64,000 nucleotides of DNA, taken from Alphaproteobacteria bacterium. GTDB lineage: Bacteria > Pseudomonadota > Alphaproteobacteria > CALKHQ01. Location: the NCBI GenBank assembly GCA_965227515.1, contig CBDDFZ010000001.1, forward strand, positions 2,976,001 through 3,040,000, read 5' to 3'. Shown here piece after piece: positions 1 through 9,864 of this stretch. Under the pieces are notes generated by a model, which saw only the letters and a program-made list of their open reading frames with translations, was not told the origin of the DNA and made no database searches. A program made the position numbers and the translations under genes. The number at the start of each line of letters is the position of its first letter. The first letter of the stretch is position 1.

Positions 1-264
1 GAAAGCTGGGTCGACGCGGGCGATGCGCAGGTGTTCCGGCGCGCCTACGGCGTCGATACCGAGGCGCAGGTCACGCTGGTGGGCCAGGGCAGCCACGCGA
101 TCTCGGTGACCGTGTTCGATGCGAACGGCGACGTCGTGTGCGTCGGCGAGGCCAACACCGGCGCCAACGTGTGCTCGTTCGTCGCCTATGCCGACCAGGA
201 CTACGCCATCCACGTGGTCAACAACGCCGACACACCCTCCGCCTTCACGATCTGGACCAACTGA
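1..264 (+). CDS. 5'-truncated secreted-type protein with C-terminal PPC-like beta-sandwich; paralog of 749..1444
   Basis: Frame is open from base 1; C-terminus (..YAIHVVN..FTIWTN*) matches the downstream gene (..FTIMVSN..FSLWTN*). Confidence 0.7.
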   Translation, partial: ESWVDAGDAQVFRRAYGVDTEAQVTLVGQGSHAISVTVFDANGDVVCVGEANTGANVCSFVAYADQDYAIHVVNNADTPSAFTIWTN

Positions 265-328
265 GCGACGGTCCCTGTCCCTCTGCGTTCGCGCGCAATC
301 CGTTGCAAAGCGTTTGGATCGTGTGGAC

Positions 329-365
329 AACGCCCCGCCCTCGCGGCGGGGCGTTCGTCTTTTTG
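329..365 (+). terminator. Rho-independent terminator
   Basis: AACGCCCCGCC-ctcgc-GGCGGGGCGTT hairpin followed by CGTCTTTTTG. Confidence 0.7.
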
Positions 366-430
366 TCGCGATGACAGGTCCGCGGCCCCATTGGCGGTGC
401 GGCCCTATGACAGTTCGCGCCGCCCGCAGC

Positions 431-475
431 TTGGCGATTGGTGGGTTGGCGATTGGCGGCTTGGCGATTGATTGC
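431..475. repeat. 15-bp tandem repeat x3 (TTGGCGATTGNNNNN)
   Basis: ttggcgattggtggg/ttggcgattggcggc/ttggcgattgattgc. Confidence 0.7.
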
Positions 476-748
476 CGCCGAGCTTGGTATTACACCGGCG
501 CAAGTCCTTGGCTGCGGCGTCCGCGGCAGCACCGGCACAGGTGCATGCGAACGACCCGGCCATCCAATCAAGCCCTACAAGTGTCTCGGTTCCGGCCTAT
601 TCCCGGGTCGATTGCTCCGAAAGTTGACACATTCATTGGAGAGATTGCACACATTGCCGGTGACGAGACGGATCACCTCCTGACGTCATCGCCTTCACGA
701 CTGTTATGACGTGAACTTGGTCTGATCCGTAAACTCTGGAGGATGTCA

Positions 749-1444
749 ATGACTGACGCGCGGCGCTTGACCGTAGGTTTTGCTACCGCCCTGGCGATGA
801 CCACCGGCCTTGCCGGTGCCTCGTTCGCCGATGCAATCGTGAACGCCACGGACGACAAGCCGCTCGGCGCCGAAGCCATGGAGGGCATCCATGAGCTGAC
901 GCTGGCCCAGCAGCTTGCCATCTACGGCGTTGAGAATGACGACGCGATGTCGTTGATCGTCGCCGCCTCGATCATGGACCGCTACCTGCTGTCCGACAGC
1001 GAAGTCCAGGCGCGTGAGGTCAACGGCGAGCCGACCGACGTGCCGATGGTGATCTCCAGCGTCGACGACATGCTGCTCGCGGCACGCGATCTGGCTGGCG
1101 ACCGCCAGGACCTGATCGCGCTGATCGAGGATGTCGAGGCCGGCGGTTCCCGTGGCTCCATGTACGGCGAAGGCGCGTACGAGGACTGGATCGGCCCGTT
1201 CGGCACCGCCGCCTATGACGAGGCGTTCTATGGCGGCGATCGTGCCATTGTCGTGCTGAACGGCTGGGACGACACCGACCTGGACCTCTACGTCTACGAC
1301 GAGTACGGCAACCTGATCTGCGAGAGCATCAGCTACACGTCCTCGGAGTACTGCGAGTGGACCCCGCGTTGGGCCGGCTCCTTCACCATCATGGTGTCGA
1401 ACAACGACGGCGCGCAGAACTCGTTCTCTCTGTGGACCAACTAG
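749..1444 (+). CDS. Secreted protein with C-terminal PPC-like (pre-peptidase C-terminal) domain
   Basis: GGAGG RBS at 738-742; signal peptide (ASFA); DTDLDLYVYDEYGNLI motif. Confidence 0.75.
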   Translation: MTDARRLTVGFATALAMTTGLAGASFADAIVNATDDKPLGAEAMEGIHELTLAQQLAIYGVENDDAMSLIVAASIMDRYLLSDSEVQAREVNGEPTDVPMVISSVDDMLLAARDLAGDRQDLIALIEDVEAGGSRGSMYGEGAYEDWIGPFGTAAYDEAFYGGDRAIVVLNGWDDTDLDLYVYDEYGNLICESISYTSSEYCEWTPRWAGSFTIMVSNNDGAQNSFSLWTN

Positions 1445-1493
1445 TCACGGTGCGCACCTGATGCGTGCCGTTTGAGACGGGTTGTCTTGAGCG

Positions 1494-1528
1494 AAGCGGG
1501 CGGTCCCTCGGGGCCGCCCGTTTTGTTT
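1494..1528 (+). terminator. Rho-independent terminator
   Basis: AAGCGGGCGGTCCC-tcg-GGGCCGCCCGTTTT hairpin with U-tract. Confidence 0.75.
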
Positions 1529-1560
1529 GGGGCCAGGCTGGGCGCGCCGCCGGTCGTGCG

Positions 1561-2367
1561 TCAGCGCACGTTGACGATGCGCGGGCCGTTGCCGCCCCCG
1601 TTGCCACCGCCGCCGGAGACGACCACGCCCTGCGACCCACCGCCATCGCCGCGCACGACGCTGGTGCCGTTGGTTCGCGCAGGCGAGATGTTGACTACAC
1701 GGGCCGGGCCGCTGGTCGGCGGGGGCGGGGGCGCTGTCGCCGCCACCGTGGCGGTGCTGACACCGCCGCCGCCGTTCTCGCAGGGCAGGGTGAAGCCCGC
1801 ATTGGCGGCAGCCAGGGTGGCCGCCACCGCGCACACATAGGGCTCCTGGTAGACCTGGGCGCTTGAGTGGTAGTAGCCCACAGCGTCCTCCCAGGCGGAG
1901 GTGCCGTCGCGCAGGCTCTTCAGGAAGCGCGCCGCATAGTCGGCATTGGTGACCGGATTGAACGCCTCGTCCAGGTCGGCGAACGCATCCGGGTGCCAGC
2001 GCAGATTGACCTGCATGCAGCCGACGTCGATCGACTCCATGCCGAGCGACTGCAGCTCGACCACCTTGGCGATGGCGTCTGCCTTGCTGTCGAAGAAATA
2101 GGGGGTGCCGGCCGCGTTGATGGCCCACGGCGTGTAGCCGCTCTCCACGAATCCGATGGCGGCGAGCAGTTCGTGGGGGACGCCATGGGTGTCGGCGGCG
2201 AGCGCGATGGCCGCTTCGCACGAGATGTCGTCGGCCGCGGCCACCGTGCGGGCCTCGGCTTCGGGCGCGATGTCCAGGATCTCGGCCGCGCCGGGCTCTT
2301 GCGCGTGCGCCGGGGCAGCGGCCCACAGGGCCACGGCCGGCAGCAACCACTTCGCCCGTGCGTCCAT
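1561..2367 (-). CDS. Lytic transglycosylase (SLT domain), secreted
   Basis: Signal peptide AHA; AIGFVESG catalytic Glu; IDVGCMQVN; AVGYYHS; Pro/Gly-rich tail. Confidence 0.85.
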   Translation of the reverse strand: MDARAKWLLPAVALWAAAPAHAQEPGAAEILDIAPEAEARTVAAADDISCEAAIALAADTHGVPHELLAAIGFVESGYTPWAINAAGTPYFFDSKADAIAKVVELQSLGMESIDVGCMQVNLRWHPDAFADLDEAFNPVTNADYAARFLKSLRDGTSAWEDAVGYYHSSAQVYQEPYVCAVAATLAAANAGFTLPCENGGGGVSTATVAATAPPPPPTSGPARVVNISPARTNGTSVVRGDGGGSQGVVVSGGGGNGGGNGPRIVNVR

Positions 2368-2538
2368 GTTCACCAATTCCCCGAACCGTCGGCGTGTCCG
2401 GCACAGATCGCGGTTGCGCTGCGCCACCTGCAGCATTGCCGGATCGGGGTTAGCAATTCGTCAATCGCGGCCCTTCAGGCGTTCAGGCGCCCCGCATCAT
2501 GTCCGGTGCATCATGCCCGGCCCATCATGTTCGCCGCA

Positions 2539-3204
2539 TTATTTCTGGCGGCGCGCCAGGGTCAGCCCATCGCCGATCGGCAGCAGCGACACGCTGACCC
2601 TCTCGTCTCCGGCGATGCGCCGGTTCAGGTCGCGAATCGCCAGCGTCGACTCATCCTCGATCTGCGGATCGGCCACCTTGCCGCCCCACAGCACATTGTC
2701 GACCAGCACCACGCCGCCGGGCCGCACCAGCGTCAGGCACTGTTCGTAATAGGTGACGTAGTTGGTCTTGTCGGCGTCGATGAAGGCCATGTCGAAGGTG
2801 GCGGCCTGGCCGTCGTCGATCAGCGCCTGCAGGGTCTCGGTCGCCGGCGCGATGCGCAGGTCGATGCGGTCTGCCACGCCCGCCTTCTTCCAGGCCTGCC
2901 GGCCAATCGCGGGGTTGGTGTTGTCGACATCGCAGGCGACGATCAGCCCGTCGTCGGCCATGGCCTGGGCCAGCGCCAGCGTTGTGTAGCCGGTGAACAC
3001 GCCGACCTCGATGACGCGCCGGGCGTCGATCAGCTCCGCCAGCAGCGCCATGAACTGGGCCGACTCGACCGACGAGCGCATGCCGGCGCCGGGCTGCCGG
3101 TCGCTGACCGCGCGCAGGGCGGCGAGCTCGGGCGATTCGCGCAGGCTGACCGACAGCAGATACTCGTGCAGCCGGGACGTCAGGTTGATGGATCGTTGCG
3201 CCAA
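2539..3204 (-). CDS. SAM-dependent O-methyltransferase (caffeoyl-CoA OMT/Methyltransf_3 family)
   Basis: IEVGVFTGY, FDMAFIDADK, VDNVLWGG, LPIGDGLT. Confidence 0.92.
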   Translation of the reverse strand: MAQRSINLTSRLHEYLLSVSLRESPELAALRAVSDRQPGAGMRSSVESAQFMALLAELIDARRVIEVGVFTGYTTLALAQAMADDGLIVACDVDNTNPAIGRQAWKKAGVADRIDLRIAPATETLQALIDDGQAATFDMAFIDADKTNYVTYYEQCLTLVRPGGVVLVDNVLWGGKVADPQIEDESTLAIRDLNRRIAGDERVSVSLLPIGDGLTLARRQK

Positions 3205-3228
3205 GAAAGCCCCCCTCGTTCGCCGCCG

Positions 3229-4125
3229 CTATTCCAGCGTCAGGGCGACTCGAAACCCATTGTACGAAGAGCGCTCGTCGATGCCGACGAAGCCGCGCTC
3301 GGGCAGCCGCACCTCTTCGGGCAGTCCGCGCGCAGCACCGCCCCGGAACATGCGCTCCTCGCAATTGCCGCTCAGCCACGCGGACCCGTCGTTCGGCGCC
3401 AGGTTATAGCTGTCGTTGGCGCAGTCCTCGACATACTCGTAGACATTGCCCAACACGTCGTAGAGGCCGAACGGATTTGGCCGCAGGCTGCCGACCGGGG
3501 AGTGAATGTCGAACCCGTCGGTGCAGTCGGCGGTGATCCAGTCCGGGAAGCTGGCCAGCGCGGTCCGGTCGGCGACGTTGGCGAACTGGCAACCGTCATC
3601 AATGGTGCCGGGCCAGAAGAACGACCCCTCCGCACCTCCGCGCGCCGCATATTCCCACTCCGCCTCGGTGGGCAGGCGATAGGGCTGGCCGGTATGGCGC
3701 GCCAGCCACTGCACATACTCCTTCGCATCGTTCCACGACACGTCGACAACCGGCATGTCTCCACGGCCGAATCCGTAGTCGTCGGGCTCGTGGGTGCATC
3801 CGCCATAGGCGACGCAAGCCTCCCAGTCGTCAAAAGTGACTTCGTGGCGGCCGATGGCGAACGGCTGGGCGATGTTGACCGAGTGGCGGGGCAACTCGAA
3901 CGATCGTGCGTCCGGGTCGCCGCGCATGCCGCCCATTTGGAACGTGCCGGCCTGGACGATCACCATCTCCGGGCAGACGGTGCAGTCCTGAAAGCTGCTC
4001 ACGGGGTCCTCGTCGCGCCCGGTCAAGAGCTGGGCGTCGCCGGCCGAGGGGGCCAGCGTCAGCACAGCGGCGCACGCGGCCGCGGCGCCCCATGTCCGTC
4101 CGAGAACCCATTGACGCAATTGCAT
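3229..4125 (-). CDS. Formylglycine-generating enzyme (SUMF1/FGE-sulfatase) domain protein, secreted
   Basis: CTVCPEMV, YRLPTEAEWEYAARGG, NPFGLYDVLGNVYE, GFRV. Confidence 0.9.
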   Translation of the reverse strand: MQLRQWVLGRTWGAAAACAAVLTLAPSAGDAQLLTGRDEDPVSSFQDCTVCPEMVIVQAGTFQMGGMRGDPDARSFELPRHSVNIAQPFAIGRHEVTFDDWEACVAYGGCTHEPDDYGFGRGDMPVVDVSWNDAKEYVQWLARHTGQPYRLPTEAEWEYAARGGAEGSFFWPGTIDDGCQFANVADRTALASFPDWITADCTDGFDIHSPVGSLRPNPFGLYDVLGNVYEYVEDCANDSYNLAPNDGSAWLSGNCEERMFRGGAARGLPEEVRLPERGFVGIDERSSYNGFRVALTLE

Positions 4126-4238
4126 TCGATCGCACTCCCTTGCTCAGCGAACGCATCCAGCGTCTACGGTTAATGACACCGCCCGCCGATGACAAGCCAC
4201 CGATGGCAAGTTGGCCAAAATGCCTGCCGAATGTGGCC

Positions 4239-5018
4239 CTATGACCGTGGCTTGACCCCAACCACGGCGTGGTCGTCCACCCGCGACAGGAACAGCGCGA
4301 TCCGGTGCGCGGCGAGATAGTCGTCAACCGCCTTGCGGCTGCCCAGCCAGCGGTTGTAGTCGTCGACCAGCAATATGCCGCCGGGCACCAGCTTCGGGTA
4401 CAGGTGCTCCATCTCCACCCTGGTCGATTCGTACCAGTCGGTGTCCAGGCGCAGCAGCGCGATATCGCCAATCTCGGCGGGTGGCACGGTGTCCTCCACC
4501 ATGCCTTCGATCAGATGCAGGCGCTCGGACGGATAGCCGGTGCGGGCAAGGTTGCCGGCCACCTCGTCCTTGCCATAGGAGATCCAGTTGCACACACCGT
4601 CTTTCAGGCGCTTTTTGTACTGCACCATCGCCTGCTTGCCGTGGACGCTAACGTCCTCCTTGGTCGGTTCCGACATGCCGGCGAAGGTATCGAACAGATA
4701 GATGTCGCGTTCGGCGTCGCCCATCTCCTGCAGCACGGTGGCGGCCGCCATCATCGATCCGCCAGGGCCCACGCCGCATTCCACGATCGCGCCGGGCACC
4801 CGGGCGGCCGCGACATACCGCACCGACTGCTCTAGCACCGCCATGCGCTCCTTCGAGGTCATGGTGTAGGGGCCGCAGGTCTCCCACAGCTTGCGGGTGA
4901 AGGCGGAGAAGTCCTGGGGAAACTCGGGCGGCAGCTCTTTCATGCCGGGCGGTGCCAGGAGCTTTCGTTTCGCGCGGTCGAATTCGCGCGAGATATTGAC
5001 GGCGAGGCGTTTCAGCAT
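4239..5018 (-). CDS. TylF/MycF-family O-methyltransferase
   Basis: GAIVECGV, LFDTFAGM, IALLRLDTDWYEST, GGILLVDDY; start could be 5105. Confidence 0.9.
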   Translation of the reverse strand: MLKRLAVNISREFDRAKRKLLAPPGMKELPPEFPQDFSAFTRKLWETCGPYTMTSKERMAVLEQSVRYVAAARVPGAIVECGVGPGGSMMAAATVLQEMGDAERDIYLFDTFAGMSEPTKEDVSVHGKQAMVQYKKRLKDGVCNWISYGKDEVAGNLARTGYPSERLHLIEGMVEDTVPPAEIGDIALLRLDTDWYESTRVEMEHLYPKLVPGGILLVDDYNRWLGSRKAVDDYLAAHRIALFLSRVDDHAVVGVKPRS

Positions 5019-5264
5019 GCTGTCCGGGTGTGGGTTGTCGGTGGGAGTGTCGGGCGTGGCGAACGAAAACGCCGGTGCAGGGCCGCACGGCGCGCGGTGA
5101 CTCATCGGCGTCGCATGGTATTAGAACATCGTCGCGGCGGCGTGCGATGAAATTCGCAGCCGTCGACGGTTCCGCGCTTGCGCGACTGCGGGGAGGGGAC
5201 CTGCTTTTCCCGGCGCGACGCACGACGGGCAACATGAAACGACGGGCAACGTGAAAGGACGCAC

Positions 5265-6548
5265 TTGTCGACTTCGCCTGACCGGGCCGCCGCCTATTCA
5301 CCGAGCCGGCCGCAAGGACTGATCCGTTCGCATGTGCCGACGCTGATCGGCTTCGCGCTGATGATCGTGGTGGCCACCTTTTCGTCCAAGGCGATGTGGA
5401 TCGTGATGCTGGGGCTGGCCATCGTGCGCGGGCTGCAGCTCTGGCCCGGCCGGCGCGGCGACCTGGTGCGCGACATGCGGCGGATGGGCATGCTGTGGCC
5501 TCTGGCCGCGCTGGCGCTGGCCTCCACCATTTGGGCGCTGGACCCGGAGCACACGGCGGTGCGCGGGGTGCGTTTCTTCGCGGAGCTGGCGCTCGGCGGG
5601 CTGATGATCGGCCTGCTGCTGTCGACGCCGCGCCAGGAGGTGGCGCGCATTCTCACCGTCTCGGCCTATGCGCTGCTGCTGTCGGCCGTTGTGGCGGCGG
5701 CGGACGTGTTGCTGCAAGGCGACCTGTTGCGCTGGGCGCACAACGAGATGAATGCGGCGGACGCCTTCAATCGCGGCGCGCTGATCGCCGGCGCCATCGT
5801 CGTGCCGCTGGTCGTCGGCCTAGCGATGGTGCGGCGATGGCTGCCGGCGCTTGCCGCCATTGTCGGCACCGCCATCATCATCCAGTACGCCGGCATGGAT
5901 GTGTCGGCCCCGGCCGCGATATTGGGCGTGGTCGTGCTGGGCGTGCTCTATGTCTGCCGGCGCGTGCCGGGTGTGTGGGCCGTGCCGTTCGCAGGTTTGG
6001 CTGCCAGCCTGATCGTGGTGCCCGTTGTGCTGCCGATCCCGCTGGACAGCCCTGCCTCGTGCTGGGCGATGGAGACCAAGCTCTCGGCCGGCCACCGGCT
6101 CGGCATCTGGAACTTCGTGGACGCGCGGATCGACGACAAGCCGTGGCTGGGATGGGGCATGGAGGCATCGCGCGCCATTCCGGGCGGCAAGGACATGATC
6201 CCGATGCCGGACTGTGGCGAGGCGGTGAATCCGGAAATACTGGGGCCGGTCCTTGGCGACCAGTTGCCGCTCCACCCGCACGATCTGGCGCTGAATCTGC
6301 GGGTCGAGCTCGGCATCCCCGGCCTGTTGCTGGGGCTTGCGGTCATCGCTTGGCTGGCGTGGCAAACGCGCCGCCAGTCGCCGCTTGTCCGCGCGGTGGC
6401 GGGCAGCGCGCTCGCCGGTGCCGCCACCTATGCCCTGCTCAACCTCGGCATGTGGCAGGGGCCGTGGCTGGTGACGCTGTTCTATCTGGTCGGCCTGGTC
6501 GGGCTGATCGCGACGCTGGACCGCGACCCGGAAAAACGAACTAGCTGA
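5265..6548 (+). CDS. O-antigen ligase (WaaL/Wzy_C) family membrane protein
   Basis: About 12 TM segments; SAGHRLGIW..KPWLGWG, PLHPH..ELGIPG. Confidence 0.85.
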   Translation: MSTSPDRAAAYSPSRPQGLIRSHVPTLIGFALMIVVATFSSKAMWIVMLGLAIVRGLQLWPGRRGDLVRDMRRMGMLWPLAALALASTIWALDPEHTAVRGVRFFAELALGGLMIGLLLSTPRQEVARILTVSAYALLLSAVVAAADVLLQGDLLRWAHNEMNAADAFNRGALIAGAIVVPLVVGLAMVRRWLPALAAIVGTAIIIQYAGMDVSAPAAILGVVVLGVLYVCRRVPGVWAVPFAGLAASLIVVPVVLPIPLDSPASCWAMETKLSAGHRLGIWNFVDARIDDKPWLGWGMEASRAIPGGKDMIPMPDCGEAVNPEILGPVLGDQLPLHPHDLALNLRVELGIPGLLLGLAVIAWLAWQTRRQSPLVRAVAGSALAGAATYALLNLGMWQGPWLVTLFYLVGLVGLIATLDRDPEKRTS

Positions 6549-7197
6549 ACGACTTGCGTAGCAGCGTGGCGATGGCCGCGTCGCGGTCGGCCACGCCCAT
6601 GTCAAGCAGGTGGTGCAGCCGCCCGGCGTTCAGCAGGTCGGCCAGGCCATGCACGATCGCCCACGTGCCGGCAGCTTCCAGCTTCAGCGTGCCGCCGCCG
6701 CCGTCGCCCGCGCCGTCGCCCCCGTCGCCCAGTTCGGGATGCGCGCGCGCGACATCGGCATTCAGCTTCTCGAACGCCAAGCCGGCCGCATCGCACAGCT
6801 CCGGCGCGCGGAAATCCGGCCGCTTCGATGAGAACATCAGCCGGAACAGGGCGGCGTTGGTCATCGCGAAGTCGACATAGCCCAGGCCCGATGCAACGAG
6901 CTGCGACATGCCGTCGGGTTCGGCCCGGGCCTGGCGCATGGTCTGCATCTGGACGAAGCAGCGGAAGCCGGCTGCGGCCAGGGCGGTCAGCAGGCCGGTG
7001 ACGTCGCCGAAGTGATGCGCCGGCGCGGCGTGGCTGACCCCGGCGCGCTTGGCGACGCCGCGCAGCGAAAACCCCTCCAGCCCGCGTTCCGCCAGCTCCT
7101 GTTCGGCCGCCGTCAGCAGGGCCGCGCGCAGGTCGCCGTGGTGGTAGCGGCTGTCACTGTTTTCCGTCGTCGATTCAATGTCTTGTCGGTGCGCCAT
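6541..7197 (-). CDS. TetR/AcrR-family regulator (WHG-type C-terminus)
   Basis: YHHGDLRAALL, FSLRGVAKRAGVSHAAPAHHF, WAIVHGLA. Confidence 0.92.
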   Translation of the reverse strand: MAHRQDIESTTENSDSRYHHGDLRAALLTAAEQELAERGLEGFSLRGVAKRAGVSHAAPAHHFGDVTGLLTALAAAGFRCFVQMQTMRQARAEPDGMSQLVASGLGYVDFAMTNAALFRLMFSSKRPDFRAPELCDAAGLAFEKLNADVARAHPELGDGGDGAGDGGGGTLKLEAAGTWAIVHGLADLLNAGRLHHLLDMGVADRDAAIATLLRKSFS

Positions 7198-7219
7198 CGG
7201 CTCAGCATGGCGGATAATC

Positions 7220-7287
7220 TTGTCACTGTCAAAATTTGATCTTGACACTGACAAGTGGCTCGATCAGTCTTATTTTGACACTGTCAA
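7220..7287. promoter_or_regulatory. Three palindromic operators, consensus TTGACAnTGTCAA (probable TetR sites)
   Basis: 7220 TTGTCACTGTCAA, 7242 TTGACACTGACAA, 7275 TTGACACTGTCAA between divergent genes. Confidence 0.8.
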
Positions 7288-7302
7288 CATAGGGTGCGAA
7301 CG

Positions 7303-7761
7303 ATGGATGCCGACAGCCTGTTTCAGATCGCCGGTCCGGTCGTGCTTGCCGGGTGGATCGCGCTACTGGCCTATCCGCTCATGCCGATATGGGCCGATCG
7401 CATCGCCGGGATTGCGGTGCCGCTGGTGCTGTCGGTCGGCTACACGGCCCTGGTGCTGGTCTATTTCGCCGGCGCGGAGGGCGGGTTCGATTCGCTGGCC
7501 AACGTGATGCAGCTCTTCACGGTGCCGGAGGTCGCGCTTGCCGGCTGGGTCCACTACCTGGCCTTCGACCTGTTCGTGGGCGCGTGGGTGGTGCGGACCG
7601 CCCGCCGAGAGGGCATCGCCTATGCGCTTGTCCTGCCGTGCCTGCCGCTGTGCTTCATGTTCGGCCCCGCCGGTTTCGTCGCATTTGTCGCCGTGCGCGC
7701 GGCGCGCGCCGCTGTGCGGGCCGCACGTGCCACCGACCGTACCGCCACCATCGCCGTCTAG
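7303..7761 (+). CDS. ABA4-like (DUF4281) membrane protein
   Basis: GGFDSLANV, LAGWVHYLAFDLFVGAW, FMFGPAG. Confidence 0.88.
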   Translation: MDADSLFQIAGPVVLAGWIALLAYPLMPIWADRIAGIAVPLVLSVGYTALVLVYFAGAEGGFDSLANVMQLFTVPEVALAGWVHYLAFDLFVGAWVVRTARREGIAYALVLPCLPLCFMFGPAGFVAFVAVRAARAAVRAARATDRTATIAV

Positions 7762-7776
7762 CTTCGGAGCGCACCG

Positions 7777-8631
7777 ATGACCGATCTCACCGTTTCCCCG
7801 TCCGCCCGCTCCCGCCTGGACCTGCGGGCCATGCTGGCGCCGCTGCGTGACGAGCCGCTGTTCGCCGGCGCTGCACTGATGATGCTGTTCCTCGCTGTGC
7901 CGACGCTGGCGGCCATGGCGTTGGACGAACGCACGGTCAATGGCATCAACGTCTGGATCAAGCCGCTGAAGTTCCAGGTGTCCCTGGCCTTGTTCCTGGC
8001 GACGCTGGCCGCGTTCGCGCGCTGGGTGCCGGCTGATGTGCGGGGACGGCGCTGGTACCGCGCCTTTGCTGCGGTGACCGTGCTGTGCGTGGCGCTGGAG
8101 ATGATCTGGCTGATGGGAACGGCGGCGAACGGCGTCGGCGCCCATTTCAACGTGACCCCGCCGATCATGCAGATGGTCTATTTCTCGATGGGCCTGATCG
8201 CGATCGTCCTGACCGCCTCCACCATGGTGTATGCGGTGCTGATCGGCCGCCATCGCGCGTTGGATCTCGATCCGGCAGTCCGGCTATCCGTGGTGCTTGG
8301 CCTGGTTCTGACCTTCGTGCTGACGCTGATCGCGGCTGGCTACCTCGCGTCCGGCACCGGCCACTTCGTCGGCGGCAACGACCTGGATGTCGAGGGCATG
8401 CCGCTGACCGGATGGGCGCGCGACGGCGGCGACCTGCGTGTGCCGCACTTCTTTGCCACCCACGCCATGCAGGTGCTGCCGTTCGCCGGCCTTGCCGCCG
8501 GACGCTGGCTTTCGGCGCGGCGCGCGCGCTGGGCGGTGTGGGGGGGCGCGGTGGGGTATGTAGCCCTGGTCGCCGGCACCATGGTGCAGGCCGTGGCGGG
8601 CCAGCCATTTCTCCCCTTTCTCGGCGGCTAG
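7777..8631 (+). CDS. Conserved multi-TM membrane protein, co-transcribed with ABA4-like gene
   Basis: WIKPLKF, HFN, GDLRVPHFFATHAMQ; GGAG RBS. Confidence 0.75.
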   Translation: MTDLTVSPSARSRLDLRAMLAPLRDEPLFAGAALMMLFLAVPTLAAMALDERTVNGINVWIKPLKFQVSLALFLATLAAFARWVPADVRGRRWYRAFAAVTVLCVALEMIWLMGTAANGVGAHFNVTPPIMQMVYFSMGLIAIVLTASTMVYAVLIGRHRALDLDPAVRLSVVLGLVLTFVLTLIAAGYLASGTGHFVGGNDLDVEGMPLTGWARDGGDLRVPHFFATHAMQVLPFAGLAAGRWLSARRARWAVWGGAVGYVALVAGTMVQAVAGQPFLPFLGG

Positions 8632-9680
8632 AGCGGGGTCTTTTTTGGAAGAATCGAAAGGGGATTCCCGACTCGGGTGGCAATCTGATTCAACGTGTTG
8701 GTCTTGAGAGGAGGCTGGCGCGATGGGTCGACCCTATTCGAATGATCTTCGTGAGCGTGCTGTTGCCCGGGTGATGGCCGGTGAGACGGTTCGCTCTGTG
8801 GCATCCGCGTTCGATGTGAGCGTGTCTGCGGTTGTGAAGTGGTCGCAGCGATATCGGCGCACCGGGAGCGTTGCGCCGGGCAAGGTCGGTGGCCACAAGC
8901 GGATCATATTGGCGCCGCATCGCGACTTCGTGCAGGCTCGTTTGGCTGCCGAGCCGCACCTTCCCTTGCGCTCCTTGCAGCGCGAGTTGGCCGATCGCGG
9001 CATCCGGGTGAGCTACGGCGCGATCTGGCGCTTTGTGCATGCCGAGGGATTGAGCTTCAAAAAAAACCGCGTTCGCCAGCGAGCAGGATCGTCCCGACGT
9101 GGCGCGGCGCCGCGCGCGCTGGAAGCGTCATCAGGCGAAACTTGATCCCGCCCGCCTGGTCTTCATTGACGAGACCTGGGCCAAGACCAACATGGCGCCG
9201 TTGCGGGGCTGGAGCCGGCGCGGCCGGCGCCTCGTCGGCAAGGCACCGCACGGCCGCTGGCGCACCCTGACCTTCCTCGCTGCTCTGCGCTGCGACCAGC
9301 TCACCGCACCGTGCGTCTTCGACGGCCCGATTAACGGTCAGGCCTTCCTCGCCTATGTCGAGCAAATCCTGGTGCCGACGCTCAAACCCGGCGACATCGT
9401 CATCATGGACAACCTGGGCAGCCACAAGGGCAAGGCCGTACGGGCCGCCCTGCGCCAAGCCGGCGCAAGGCTGCTCTTCCTGCCGCCCTACAGCCCCGAC
9501 CTCAATCCCATCGAGCAGGTGTTCGCCAAGCTCAAGCACCTGCTCAGGCGCGCCGCAGAGCGCACCATCGACGACACATGGCGGCGTATCGGAAAACTAC
9601 TCGACGCGTTCCAGCCACACGAATGCAACAACTACATCGTCAATGCAGGATACGCTTCCGCATAAAACGATCCCGCTCTA
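8629..9680 (+). mobile_element. IS630-family insertion sequence
   Basis: Ends TAGAGCGGGGTCTTTTT / AAAACGATCCCGCTCTA; TA duplication within CTAG; transposase ORFs inside. Confidence 0.92.
8723..9665 (+). CDS. IS630 transposase, two ORFs (8723..9145, 9099..9665) joined by a +1 shift at the A8 tract 9059-9066
   Basis: HTH YSNDLRER; DDE motifs FIDET, MDNLGSHK, LPPYSPDLNPIE. Confidence 0.9.
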
Positions 9681-9864
9681 GACTTCACGTTGCGAGATCC
9701 GCGCCGGGCGCGCTCGCCGTAGACTACGGCCTGGGCAACGGCTGCCGGAGACTGTCGCAACTCTTGGTCCATCCCTGCCCAAATCTTAATCAACAAGTTC
9801 AGCCTTTCTTAGGTGTTAATGCTGTATCTCCAATGGTCTTGTTGATAACCGTGGATGACTGGGT

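Noticed and set aside
1867-4173. 768-aa plus-strand ORF and similar long ORFs (20360..21910, 24554..26587, 29451..31061, 50405..52477, 52314..54173, 55413..57173)
   Set aside because: Antisense shadows of well-supported genes in high-GC DNA, with no recognisable motifs
9780-9825. CtrA box upstream of the chemoreceptor
   Set aside because: TTAA half-sites are present but lack a convincing N7-spaced partner
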